This document shows, piece by piece, positions 7,704 to 16,500 of a stretch of DNA of 64,000 nucleotides. The stretch is from an uncultured archaeon. GTDB lineage: Archaea; Thermoproteota; Nitrososphaeria_A; Caldarchaeales; Wolframiiraptoraceae. A program made the translations under genes and the position numbers. Location of the stretch: assembly GCA_938083505.1 (NCBI GenBank), contig CALKCF010000001.1, positions 1 through 64,000 of the forward strand. The letters are read 5' to 3'. The notes under the pieces are model-generated. The model saw nothing but the letters and a program-made list of their open reading frames with translations. It made no database searches and was not told the DNA's origin. Numbering within the stretch: the first letter of the stretch is position 1; each line of letters opens with the position of its first letter.

Positions 7704-9566
7704 CTACACCGACGTTGAGTGCTCCTTTAGTCTAATCGTCGATTGGTAAATGTCAATCACTCCGTCCTTTCTAAGCTTTTTAAGAGCGTTAAACACTATC
7801 TTCTTTGGAACAGGTATGTCTATGAACACCCTCCAGAGGAGGTAACGTCCATCATGCTCCCTCAGGGTATTCAATATAATCTCCACCACTTTATCTTCGT
7901 CGACTTCTTCTGCATCCTTAATGATGAGGGATGCAGCTTCATTAGGTTCCTTTTTAACAGCGTTCTGGATTTCTATACTCTCGCCAATGGACACTCGGGA
8001 TACTATGCCCTCGATTCCATACTTTCTAAAAACTTGCTCCGGATCCGTGTAGTATGAGTATACTTCTCGGGCTATGTCACTCAGCTCGAATATTTTCCAC
8101 TTGATGAATGTTCTCAGAAGAGCGGCCCTTCTCATGACCTCGGAGATGACCTCTTCTTTCGTTTTAGCAAGCTTCCTTGCTATCGTATTTAGGACCTTGC
8201 TATCGGAGAAATATGTGTTGAAGGAATCTGTGAGCGGATTCCACTCAGCGATCATCACGTAATTATTGTAGTCTAATACCTCCCAGACGTAACGCATTCT
8301 CCTACCATAACCCTTGCCCTCAATGGGTTTTGTAAAGCTCACACGCTCGATAAGCGCAACGACATCCAGTAAGGGGATGTGGCTAGGCGGAATGTTCATC
8401 GGTGGACTTATGAGTCTCTTAGTGACGGACTCTATACTTTCGGCATGAATTGTCGAGATACCACCGTGTCCTGTTGCAATCGCTTGGAATAATACAAATG
8501 CTTCCTCTCCCCTAACCTCCCCAACTATGAGGTAATCCGGTCTATACCTTAAGCTTGTCTTGACAAGATCGTAGAGCGTTATCTCGCCGGTCTTCTGGGC
8601 TCCAAGCCCATAACTCTCCCTAGTCACGAACCTAACCCAGTTATCGCTCGGTATGTTCAGCTCTGCCGTCTCTTCGCATGTGACTATCTTCATCCTAGGT
8701 TTTATGAAGCATGATAGGGCATTCAGGATCGTTGTTTTTCCACTTCCGGTTGCTCCTGCGAGTAATATGTTTGCTTTGTGTTCTATCAATACCCAGAAGT
8801 AAGCGGCGATCTCAGGACTCAGCAAGTTACTTGCTAGAAGCTCGGTTATGCTGAAGGGTTTCTCCCTGAACTTTCTTATCGTGAAGGTGCTCCCCTTAGG
8901 TGAGACCTCCTCCCTAAAGGTTGCTGCTAGTCTGTGCTTTCCATAAATCATGGCGTCGAGGATGGGGAATGCAGAGGAGATGTGTCTCTCAGATTTATGA
9001 GCCAACTGAATTATAAAATCATCTAGGACATCCCGATTCGTGAATATGACGTTCGTTGGAATACTCTCATAATCTCTATGCCAAACGTAAACGGGCACGT
9101 TTACACCATCGCATGAAATGTCTTCTATCCTGTAATCTTCCATCATTATATTGAGCGGGCCAAAGCCGGTCATGTCCCTCTCAAGATAGTAAAATATTTT
9201 ATTCTTTGACTCCTCGTTAAATTTCCCAAGAACTCCTCCGTATTTTTTAAGAATTTTGTCAGCGGTGTTCAGCAACATCTTCTTAGCATCCTCTTCCTCT
9301 CCAGGCTTTGGAGGCTCGAGCTCCTTTGATAAGATGTCTTTCAACTTTTCTATGGCCAAAGTTTCTTCTGGAGATAACTGAACCTCTCTTGCGAAGTATT
9401 CTGGTCCCACCACCTCTTTAGAATGCGTGGCTATTACGACTTCCGCAACCCCTTCCTTTATTGCGTAGCGTTCTAAGATTTCATAACCCTCGGGAATTGA
9501 CCTAATCTCTATCCCTTTCCATAGTGTCGGGACCTCTTTGGGTTTTGCTTTGCTCCTCCAAATCAC
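7704..9566 (-). CDS. Type II/IV secretion (pilus assembly) ATPase, FlaI/TadA family, with C-terminal extension
   Basis: EDISCDG, FTIRKF, Walker A GATGSGKT, EET.EL, LRYRPDYLIVGEVRG.EA, TGHGGISTIHA. Confidence 0.95.
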   Translation of the reverse strand: MIWRSKAKPKEVPTLWKGIEIRSIPEGYEILERYAIKEGVAEVVIATHSKEVVGPEYFAREVQLSPEETLAIEKLKDILSKELEPPKPGEEEDAKKMLLNTADKILKKYGGVLGKFNEESKNKIFYYLERDMTGFGPLNIMMEDYRIEDISCDGVNVPVYVWHRDYESIPTNVIFTNRDVLDDFIIQLAHKSERHISSAFPILDAMIYGKHRLAATFREEVSPKGSTFTIRKFREKPFSITELLASNLLSPEIAAYFWVLIEHKANILLAGATGSGKTTILNALSCFIKPRMKIVTCEETAELNIPSDNWVRFVTRESYGLGAQKTGEITLYDLVKTSLRYRPDYLIVGEVRGEEAFVLFQAIATGHGGISTIHAESIESVTKRLISPPMNIPPSHIPLLDVVALIERVSFTKPIEGKGYGRRMRYVWEVLDYNNYVMIAEWNPLTDSFNTYFSDSKVLNTIARKLAKTKEEVISEVMRRAALLRTFIKWKIFELSDIAREVYSYYTDPEQVFRKYGIEGIVSRVSIGESIEIQNAVKKEPNEAASLIIKDAEEVDEDKVVEIILNTLREHDGRYLLWRVFIDIPVPKKIVFNALKKLRKDGVIDIYQSTIRLKEHSTSV

Positions 9567-9669
9567 TTTAAATACATTAACATGAATACAAATATATCTT
9601 TTCTCCGCGTCTATAGCAAGCTTAAAAATATATAAACGAGTTTGAAATTAAATATTTTACCATACAAAA

Positions 9670-10236
9670 ATGTTTAATTTTGGTACACTATTTACCGATT
9701 ATTTGACAAGTTTCGCGTTAATTACACTTTTTTTCGTAAATTCCCCAGTTGTAGTATCAATATTGTTTTTTAAGAGGAAATCTAAAGAGCTTACTCCTTC
9801 TAAGTTTAGCGAGGATATAGATAAACAACATTCCGCTGAACAGCAAACGGGAAAAGACGCGGAAGCAAAGCCCGCCGAGCCCAAGAAGTCGGCTAGTTTC
9901 GCATCGCTCGGAGAACTCGTCTCCGCGATTGGTGCAAAACAGCTCATGTTCTTTAATCAGTTTGGAATACCTATAGAGTCCTATAATTTTAATGAGGAAC
10001 TTAGAGTCTCGGCATTGCTCGCGGAAGTTGTTTTCACTATGCGGAAGTTTAGTCCAAACTTTAGTTCCACGGTCTTTGAAGACGGTCAGAAAATAATTCT
10101 ATTATCTATTGGGAAGATCGGGGAAGTCGAAGTCTTTGCCCTTACCATGAGCAGCTCGGAAGCAACGCTTAAAATGGAAGAAATGCGGGAGCTTCTCAGG
10201 ACGTACCTATTGGAGAGTTTGGGGAAAAGCGCATGA
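9670..10236 (+). CDS. Membrane-anchored protein with divergent Roadblock/longin-like C-terminal domain
   Basis: N-terminal TM helix, low-complexity linker, then alpha-beta-beta-alpha-beta-beta-beta-alpha pattern (LMFFNQFGIPIES). Confidence 0.5.
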   Translation: MFNFGTLFTDYLTSFALITLFFVNSPVVVSILFFKRKSKELTPSKFSEDIDKQHSAEQQTGKDAEAKPAEPKKSASFASLGELVSAIGAKQLMFFNQFGIPIESYNFNEELRVSALLAEVVFTMRKFSPNFSSTVFEDGQKIILLSIGKIGEVEVFALTMSSSEATLKMEEMRELLRTYLLESLGKSA

Positions 10237-10592
10237 GTGCGAACGAGGAAAAGCGCTCATTGAATTCCTTGATTAAGGAAATAAAAATGAATAGCCGCGG
10301 CTGGATCGAAACAGCAATTGCAGTCTCCGAAGATGGGACGCTTATAGCCTATGAAAATGAATTGATCAACCCAGAATATATTGCCACGGCTACTGCGGCT
10401 ATCTGCGGGGTTGTATCCTACGTTATGGATCTCGTGAACGCTAAGAATTATAAGCGCGTGAATATAGAATTTGAGGATGGTAGGAGACTCTTGATAACAC
10501 GCTACAAGGGAAACTATATCGTGTGTTTGACGAAGAGCAAACCCAACATGGGATTCGTTGAGATTTTGCTGGAGGCGCACCTTTCTGAGTAA
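10233..10592 (+). CDS. Roadblock/LC7 (MglB-like) domain protein
   Basis: 119 aa; AIAVSEDGTLIA...IATATAAI...RVNIEFEDGRRLLI...NMGFV pattern. Confidence 0.85.
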   Translation: MSANEEKRSLNSLIKEIKMNSRGWIETAIAVSEDGTLIAYENELINPEYIATATAAICGVVSYVMDLVNAKNYKRVNIEFEDGRRLLITRYKGNYIVCLTKSKPNMGFVEILLEAHLSE

Positions 10593-10607
10593 CCGGAGGT
10601 TAAAAGG

Positions 10608-12380
10608 ATGAGTTTAAGTTTCGGAGATAAGTTTGTAGGTTTCTTCTATTCGAAGTTCGGTAAATCTGGATCACTCATTCTGAAGATGTTGCCAGGGATT
10701 GCCTCAAAACTCGATGCAGCCATGATTAGAATTTATCCCGAAGCCTATGCCGCTACAGTCGCGGGCCTAACACTCATCACGGCCACTATATGCATCCCGT
10801 TAACGCTCCTGTTTTACTTTTTCACCGGAAACCTCTTAAGTTTTATACTTCTAGCGGTTCCGCTCATAGTCATACTTCTTGGTGCTTTTTACCCTTATTC
10901 CCAAGCCTCCTCGATTGCCTCAGTCTTCGAGAGTGAAGTACCTTATGCTGCCACTTATCTCGCGGTCATGGCTACGGGTGGTGTTCCGCCGTACACAAGC
11001 CTGAGGAGGCTTTCTAAGAGTAAGCTCATGCCCAACCTCGCAAAGGTAGCTAGCATAGCACATGTTAAAGTAGATGCAACGGGAGAGGATCCTGTATCCG
11101 CGATAGAGGATATGGTGAAGAATATTAAGTCGAAGGAGTTCAAGGATCTACTTTTAGGCTACGTTTCAACACTCAGGAGTGGAGGAGATGTCGTCCACTT
11201 CTTGATCAGAAAGACTGAGATGGTCTTCCAGAGCAAGATCGCGAGCATGAAGATCGTTGGCGAGAGGCTTGGGATGGTTATGGAGACATACGCGGCCGCT
11301 ATTATGATGATCTTGCTAGCCCTTTACATAATCTTCATAATATCGAGAGCCCTTCCGTCGGAATACTTCTACTTTCCAGCAGAAGAGTTCGTGGTCTTCT
11401 CCTATCTCATAATGCCGCTCATGGCCGGGATGTTTATCTACCTCGCTGATATTACCCAACCAAAGTATCCGCTAATGGATAAGAGGCCCTTTAAAGCGTT
11501 CTTGCTTGGGATGCCGATCGGGATAACCTTCTTCATACTTTTTGTGATCCCACTCTACGCCGAGCCCCTGAGATACGTTGTACCGTTCAACTTTACGTCA
11601 GATCTAATCGTCAGGCTTAGGATGTTGATGGGGCTCGAGAGGGGGTATGAGGCAACGATAACCATATGTTTGGGGTTCCTTGTCCTCTTCGCACCTGGCG
11701 CACTCGCTTGGGAGAAATACGGTAAGGAGAACGTATCTATTATTAATGGTTTGACGAGGTTTCTTAGAGATCTGACCGAGACTAGAAAGACTGGAATGAG
11801 TCCGGAGAAGTGTATCAGGATACTATCGGATAGGGATTATGGCGGATTCAGTAAGCACCTTAAGCTGATGAGTAGACAGATTGGATGGGGCGCATCGCTG
11901 AAGAAAATATATGAGGACTTCGAGAAGAGGGTTCACGGATGGCTTGCAAGAGCCGGTATGTTCGTACTGATTGACTCGATAGACGTTGGCGGGGGTGCTC
12001 CTGAAACTCTCGACACCTTGACTACTTTCATGGAAGATCTCCAGGAGGTGGAGAGGGAGAAGCGGGCAGCACTCAAACCGCTCATGCTCGTCCCGTACAT
12101 GACCGCAATCATGCTTGTCATAATAATCGTGATACTCGTCGTCTTCATGAGGAGTCTACTTCAGATTGCAAGGATGTACATATCCGTATCGGAGTTCGTC
12201 CACATGTTCCTGCCACCGGTCGTGATAATAGCGATGATCAGCGGCTTCGTAGCGGGTAAGATCTCGGATGGGACCGTCGCCGCTGGTTTTAAGCATGCCA
12301 TGATAATGGCCGTAATAACGTTAATATCTGTCTGGCTCTCGGGAACTACAAGCATACAGATGATAACAATGCCTACGTAA
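10608..12380 (+). CDS. Type II secretion F / TadC-FlaJ-type pilus membrane platform protein (two T2SSF domains)
   Basis: EVPYAATYLAVMATGG.PP...LRSGGD and FLRDL.E.RKTGMS...DVGGG repeats; multiple TM helices. Confidence 0.9.
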   Translation: MSLSFGDKFVGFFYSKFGKSGSLILKMLPGIASKLDAAMIRIYPEAYAATVAGLTLITATICIPLTLLFYFFTGNLLSFILLAVPLIVILLGAFYPYSQASSIASVFESEVPYAATYLAVMATGGVPPYTSLRRLSKSKLMPNLAKVASIAHVKVDATGEDPVSAIEDMVKNIKSKEFKDLLLGYVSTLRSGGDVVHFLIRKTEMVFQSKIASMKIVGERLGMVMETYAAAIMMILLALYIIFIISRALPSEYFYFPAEEFVVFSYLIMPLMAGMFIYLADITQPKYPLMDKRPFKAFLLGMPIGITFFILFVIPLYAEPLRYVVPFNFTSDLIVRLRMLMGLERGYEATITICLGFLVLFAPGALAWEKYGKENVSIINGLTRFLRDLTETRKTGMSPEKCIRILSDRDYGGFSKHLKLMSRQIGWGASLKKIYEDFEKRVHGWLARAGMFVLIDSIDVGGGAPETLDTLTTFMEDLQEVEREKRAALKPLMLVPYMTAIMLVIIIVILVVFMRSLLQIARMYISVSEFVHMFLPPVVIIAMISGFVAGKISDGTVAAGFKHAMIMAVITLISVWLSGTTSIQMITMPT

Positions 12381-12418
12381 TATTCCTAGAAAATCCAACG
12401 AGAAGTTTTTATATAGTT

Positions 12419-12895
12419 TTGATTATGGTAATTTTGAAAAGAATGAACAGGAGTAAATCTGGAATAAGCCCCGTAATGGCAACCGTCATACTCGTGGCCA
12501 TCGCCATAGTCATAGCAATCGCCGTGGCATTCTGGGCAACGGGACTGGTCGGAGTATTCACGAGGTTTGAAAAGCTCGAAATAACCTCAGCATATTATAC
12601 TCAGGATAGGGTGAAGATAATCGTTAGAAACACAGGGTCAGCGGATGCGTCGATAGATAACATATTTATAAATGGCATACCTTGTATAGAGGCTACTGAT
12701 AATATTTGCGACATATCTGAAGGGCCAGGGCCCGATAATCCAAAGTTGATTGCTGTCGGCGATAGTGTAACTATAACTGTGACAAATCCACCTGACAGTG
12801 TAACTGGAGGTATGTGGCGCAGCGGCGTTACCTATGAGATTGTCGTACACACGGCGTCCGGCAAGAGCTATCCTGTAGCTGTCCTGATACCATGA
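12419..12895 (+). CDS. Archaeal type IV pilin (probable major pilin)
   Basis: KSG/ISPVMATVILVAIAIVIAIAVAFW class III signal peptide; VRNTGS...IFING and GVTYEIVVHTASG. Confidence 0.9.
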   Translation: MIMVILKRMNRSKSGISPVMATVILVAIAIVIAIAVAFWATGLVGVFTRFEKLEITSAYYTQDRVKIIVRNTGSADASIDNIFINGIPCIEATDNICDISEGPGPDNPKLIAVGDSVTITVTNPPDSVTGGMWRSGVTYEIVVHTASGKSYPVAVLIP

Positions 12896-12980
12896 ACTGA
12901 ACCATGATTCCCTATTTTTTATTAAACACCAATGCTTAACAGATCCTTATCCTGACTTTTTTGGGCACAGCGCGGATGGA

Positions 12981-13064
12981 TGCCGGGGCTGGGATTCGAA
13001 CCCAGGATGGCCTACGCCAGTGGGTCTTGAGCCCACCCCCTTGACCAGGCTCGGGCACCCCGGC
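12981..13064 (-). tRNA. tRNA-Leu(CAA)
   Basis: Reverse complement GCCGGGG...GTGGG-CTCAAGA-CCCAC, long variable arm, TTCGAAT T-loop, CCCCGGC-A. Confidence 0.95.
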
Positions 13065-13142
13065 TGCCACCAGATTCGTTCGCAGCACCCAAATTTATCC
13101 ATTCGTTAGATATTTATCCCTCTAGCGCGCAACCTAAAGATC

Positions 13143-14234
13143 ATGAAAATAGAGAGCATAAGGGTTTTTATCCTGAAAAAACCGCTTGAGAAGCCCCTCA
13201 TAACCTCAAAGGCTGAGCTCAAGGAAAGAGCCACCGCCATAGTCCAGATCAGAACCGACAAAGGCATCGAGGGTTTGGGTGAGGGCGTTGGCGTACCGAA
13301 CGTGATAAAGGAGGTAGTCGAAAGGAATTTTGCGCCCATGCTGATTGGCGAGGACCCGTTCGACGTTGAGAGGTTATGGAGGAAGATGTTTCATAGATTG
13401 TATTGGGAGCCAAAGGGAGCATGGGTTTGTGCTATAAGCGCGGTAGAGATTGCGCTTTGGGACATAATCGGCAAGGCTCTAGACGTGCCGGTGTACAAAT
13501 TGCTCGGTGGGTTGTACAGGGACAAGCTGGAGGCGTACGCGAGCGACATATTCTGGGACGATGCCGAGGAGATGGCCAAGAAGGCAGCCTCTTTCGTCAA
13601 CCAAGGCTTTAGGTACGTAAAGTGCCATATAGGTAAGGGATTCGGGCAAGATGATGTTAGGGTCAGGGCCATGAGAAAGGCAATCGGGAAAGATGCCGAA
13701 CTTATGGTCGATATAAACTGCGGCTACGACAGACCCACGGCCATAAAATTTGCGGAGATATTCGAAGAAAATGAAGTGTTTTGGTACGAGGAGCCTTTGC
13801 CACCGTTTGACTTGGAGGGCTACAAACTGCTGAAGGACTACACTGACCTACCGATAGCTTCTGGCGAAAATGAGTTCACGAAGTATGGGTTTAGGGACAT
13901 GTTCCTCAAAGGTGTGGTTGATTATGCCATGCCAGACTTGGCAAGGGTGGGCGGAATACTCGAAGGAAAGAAGGTCTGCGCGCTTGCGGAGTCCTTTAAT
14001 GTCGTATGCTCGCCGCACGTGTTCTCGACCGGTATATTGATAGCTGCAACTCTGCACCTCATGGCGAGTACGCCTGGGACTGAGCTCTTCGAGCTCGACA
14101 CCACGGGTACAGGCATAATAGATGAGCTCCTAGTAGAGCCGTTGGAGGTTCGGGACGGCTACGTATATGTACCTAAGGGACCTGGCCTAGGCGTTCAGCT
14201 CAGCGAAAGGGCAAAAAGATACTTGGCACAATGA
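13143..14234 (+). CDS. Mandelate racemase/muconate-lactonizing (enolase superfamily) enzyme
   Basis: AISAVEIALWDIIGK...PVYKLLGG; metal ligands in MVDIN, WYEEP, GENE; GPGLGV. Confidence 0.9.
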   Translation: MKIESIRVFILKKPLEKPLITSKAELKERATAIVQIRTDKGIEGLGEGVGVPNVIKEVVERNFAPMLIGEDPFDVERLWRKMFHRLYWEPKGAWVCAISAVEIALWDIIGKALDVPVYKLLGGLYRDKLEAYASDIFWDDAEEMAKKAASFVNQGFRYVKCHIGKGFGQDDVRVRAMRKAIGKDAELMVDINCGYDRPTAIKFAEIFEENEVFWYEEPLPPFDLEGYKLLKDYTDLPIASGENEFTKYGFRDMFLKGVVDYAMPDLARVGGILEGKKVCALAESFNVVCSPHVFSTGILIAATLHLMASTPGTELFELDTTGTGIIDELLVEPLEVRDGYVYVPKGPGLGVQLSERAKRYLAQ

Positions 14235-14326
14235 TGCAGGAGCCTGAAGTGATTAACTTTCACCGTTAACAATTTTTTTATTTTTCTACAACATTCAGAT
14301 AAACATCTTTATGAGCAAAGGTCTTA

Positions 14327-15010
14327 TCACGGCACAACGAGCGTTCCGACATTTTCGCCCATTATGGCTTTTCTAACATTTTCTAACTTTCTGCCGTTTA
14401 AGTACAAGCATGGCATCTTAGACCTTTGTAGGATTGATATGGCCAAGTTATCTATTAGCGGATATTTTCCTGCGGTCTGCGGGAGTTCAGCTACCATCTT
14501 AGACAACTCGGATAGCGAGATTTGTGGTAACGGCTTTGCACTCGGGTCGACTTTTGGGTCTGATGTGTAGATTCCGTCCACATCCGTTGTGATTATAAGC
14601 CTTTCCGCTTTTATGACTGAGGCGGCTAAGGCAGAAACCGCTACCGTTGACTGGCCTGGCTGAAGCCCACCCATCACCACTATCTTCCCATCGATAGCGA
14701 GCTCCCTCAGCTCTTCAGTTGAAGTGGGTATGCGTTGCTGTGCAAGGTTACCAAGGCATGCAGCCATCAGCCTTGCGTTAGCCCTCGTTATTAGTATCGC
14801 CACTTCATCGCACATCACCTCATCCGCACCGATGGCCCTAGCTGCTTCAACGTACCTCCTAGCAACCTCACCACCTCCAACAACCACTACCCACTTGCCT
14901 TTACTGTCGTATACCTCTCTTAACAGTTTCGCGTAATCTGCTATCAATTGATGGTTTATCTTGCCGTCGCTTGATACCAGGTGTCCACTAAGCTTGAGAA
15001 CCAGATTCAA
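14327..15010 (-). CDS. pyrH: Uridylate kinase
   Basis: VLKLSG, VVVGGG..ARRY, MGGLQPGQST, TDVDGIYTSDP. Confidence 0.9.
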   Translation of the reverse strand: MNLVLKLSGHLVSSDGKINHQLIADYAKLLREVYDSKGKWVVVVGGGEVARRYVEAARAIGADEVMCDEVAILITRANARLMAACLGNLAQQRIPTSTEELRELAIDGKIVVMGGLQPGQSTVAVSALAASVIKAERLIITTDVDGIYTSDPKVDPSAKPLPQISLSELSKMVAELPQTAGKYPLIDNLAISILQRSKMPCLYLNGRKLENVRKAIMGENVGTLVVP

Positions 15011-15110
15011 ATCTTACACGCCCAAACAGTGCTGATGCGAGAGGTTATTAAAAACTTTAGGGATTTTTACAAAATTTGGAAAAAAGCTTAAAAGTGGATT
15101 GTAGGGCAGA

Positions 15111-16319
15111 TTGGTTGGTATGTCCACTCTAAGAAAGGTTGTCGCGGCTACGCTGATAATCCTCGCTTCTATGTTAGCGATGTGGTTCGCAATTAGCACG
15201 GCTTCTACACTAACGGACCTTAACGCCAAGGTGTCAGAATTGTCTGAGAATATCTCAGGGCTGTACAAAGCTCATAGCGAATTGCTGAATAGATTCAAAA
15301 GCTTAGAAGAAAACATCACGTACGTTACGGTCACAAAGACCGTGACAGTTCTCGCCACTAGCCCAGTTACTGAGATCTACGAACGGATTAAGGATTCTGT
15401 CGTTTTAGTCCGAGCAACGTATCCCTACGGTACCTCCATCGGTTCAGGCTTTGTTTACGATACGCTTGGTCACATCGTCACGAACAACCATGTAATTGAG
15501 GGTAGCTATCAAGTTACCGTGACTTTCCTTGATGGTACGTCCCTAACCGCTCCGGTCATCGGAACGGACCCTTATAGCGATTTGGCTGTCCTGAAAGTTA
15601 AGCCTGATGGTATCGTATTAAAGCCGCTTAAGCTCGGGAACTCGTCAGAGCTAATGATAGGCGAGCAGATCGTTGTGGTTGGAAGCCCATTCGGCTTGGC
15701 CGGAAGTGTGACGACAGGCATTGTGAGCCAAAAGGGCAGGCTCTTAGAGACTAAATACGGATATTCCATACCTGGCGTCATACAATTTGATGCCGCCGTG
15801 AACCCAGGAAACTCTGGCGGACCCTTACTCAACATGAAGGGTGAGGTTGTCGGCATAACCACGGCAATAGAATCGCCCATCAGCGGCTTTGTGGGTGTTG
15901 GTTACGCGATACCCTCTAATATAGTAGCGAGGGTCGTGCCGGCCTTGATAGAGAAAGGAAGCTACACCCATAGCTGGATAGGCATAAAGGCCGTAAACAT
16001 GAACAAAGAGATTGCTGAACTCATGAATGTAGATATAACTAAAGGCTTCTTGATAACTGACGTCGTACCAGGAAGTCCGGCTGATAAGGCAGGTCTTAGG
16101 GGTGGTTACAGGACCGTAATGAGAGGAGGTGAGAATATAAAAATAGGCGGCGACATTGTTATAGCGATGAATGGTATAGCCATTAAGAGTATAGAAGAGA
16201 TGCTGACGTATCTCGCGGAGAGGACAAGCCCGGGAGACGTTATAGTGTTCTCAATCGTCAGGGACAAGCAGACACTACAGGTAAGCGTAGTGCTGGGCGA
16301 GAGGCCCCCACCAAAGTAA
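15111..16319 (+). CDS. HtrA/DegP-family membrane-anchored serine protease with PDZ domain
   Basis: GSGF, TNNHV, DLAVL, DAAVNPGNSGGPL catalytic motifs; PDZ GSPADKAGL. Confidence 0.95.
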   Translation: MVGMSTLRKVVAATLIILASMLAMWFAISTASTLTDLNAKVSELSENISGLYKAHSELLNRFKSLEENITYVTVTKTVTVLATSPVTEIYERIKDSVVLVRATYPYGTSIGSGFVYDTLGHIVTNNHVIEGSYQVTVTFLDGTSLTAPVIGTDPYSDLAVLKVKPDGIVLKPLKLGNSSELMIGEQIVVVGSPFGLAGSVTTGIVSQKGRLLETKYGYSIPGVIQFDAAVNPGNSGGPLLNMKGEVVGITTAIESPISGFVGVGYAIPSNIVARVVPALIEKGSYTHSWIGIKAVNMNKEIAELMNVDITKGFLITDVVPGSPADKAGLRGGYRTVMRGGENIKIGGDIVIAMNGIAIKSIEEMLTYLAERTSPGDVIVFSIVRDKQTLQVSVVLGERPPPK

Positions 16320-16377
16320 TACATCAAAAGTAGTCAAGATATTTTAATAAGAGTGCAGACCAAATAGACAGGCAGAC

Positions 16378-16473
16378 ATGCAACGGTTAGGACAGAGATC
16401 CTTGGCTCCTAAGGGGCGCATTATGTCTAGGATAAGGTTAGCAGAAATTTCGACGCACGATTCCAGCTTTTAG
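16378..16473 (+). other. Candidate 31-codon uORF in frame with aRF1
   Basis: ATG 16378 to TAG 16471-16473, second in-frame TAG 16480-16482, then in-frame aRF1 ATG at 16501. TATA-like TTTTAATAA at 16342-16350. Confidence 0.35.
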
Positions 16474-16500
16474 CGACCGTAGAAGGGGTGTAAAAACTTT

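Noticed and set aside
107-12980. Integrated element between the inward-facing 3' ends of tRNA-Lys and tRNA-Leu
   Set aside because: No integrase, transposase or duplicated tRNA 3' end (att site) was seen; the content looks like resident envelope genes.
16374-16430. Hairpin upstream of prf1 as an H/ACA or C/D guide RNA
   Set aside because: No ACA box after the stem and no K-turn or C/D motifs on either strand; kept only as part of the uORF finding.
16471-16482. UAG recoding (pyrrolysine) as an explanation of the in-frame ambers
   Set aside because: Well-conserved genes in the window end at TAG (rpiA, the moaD-like gene right after its GG, nrdJ), and no pyl genes are present.
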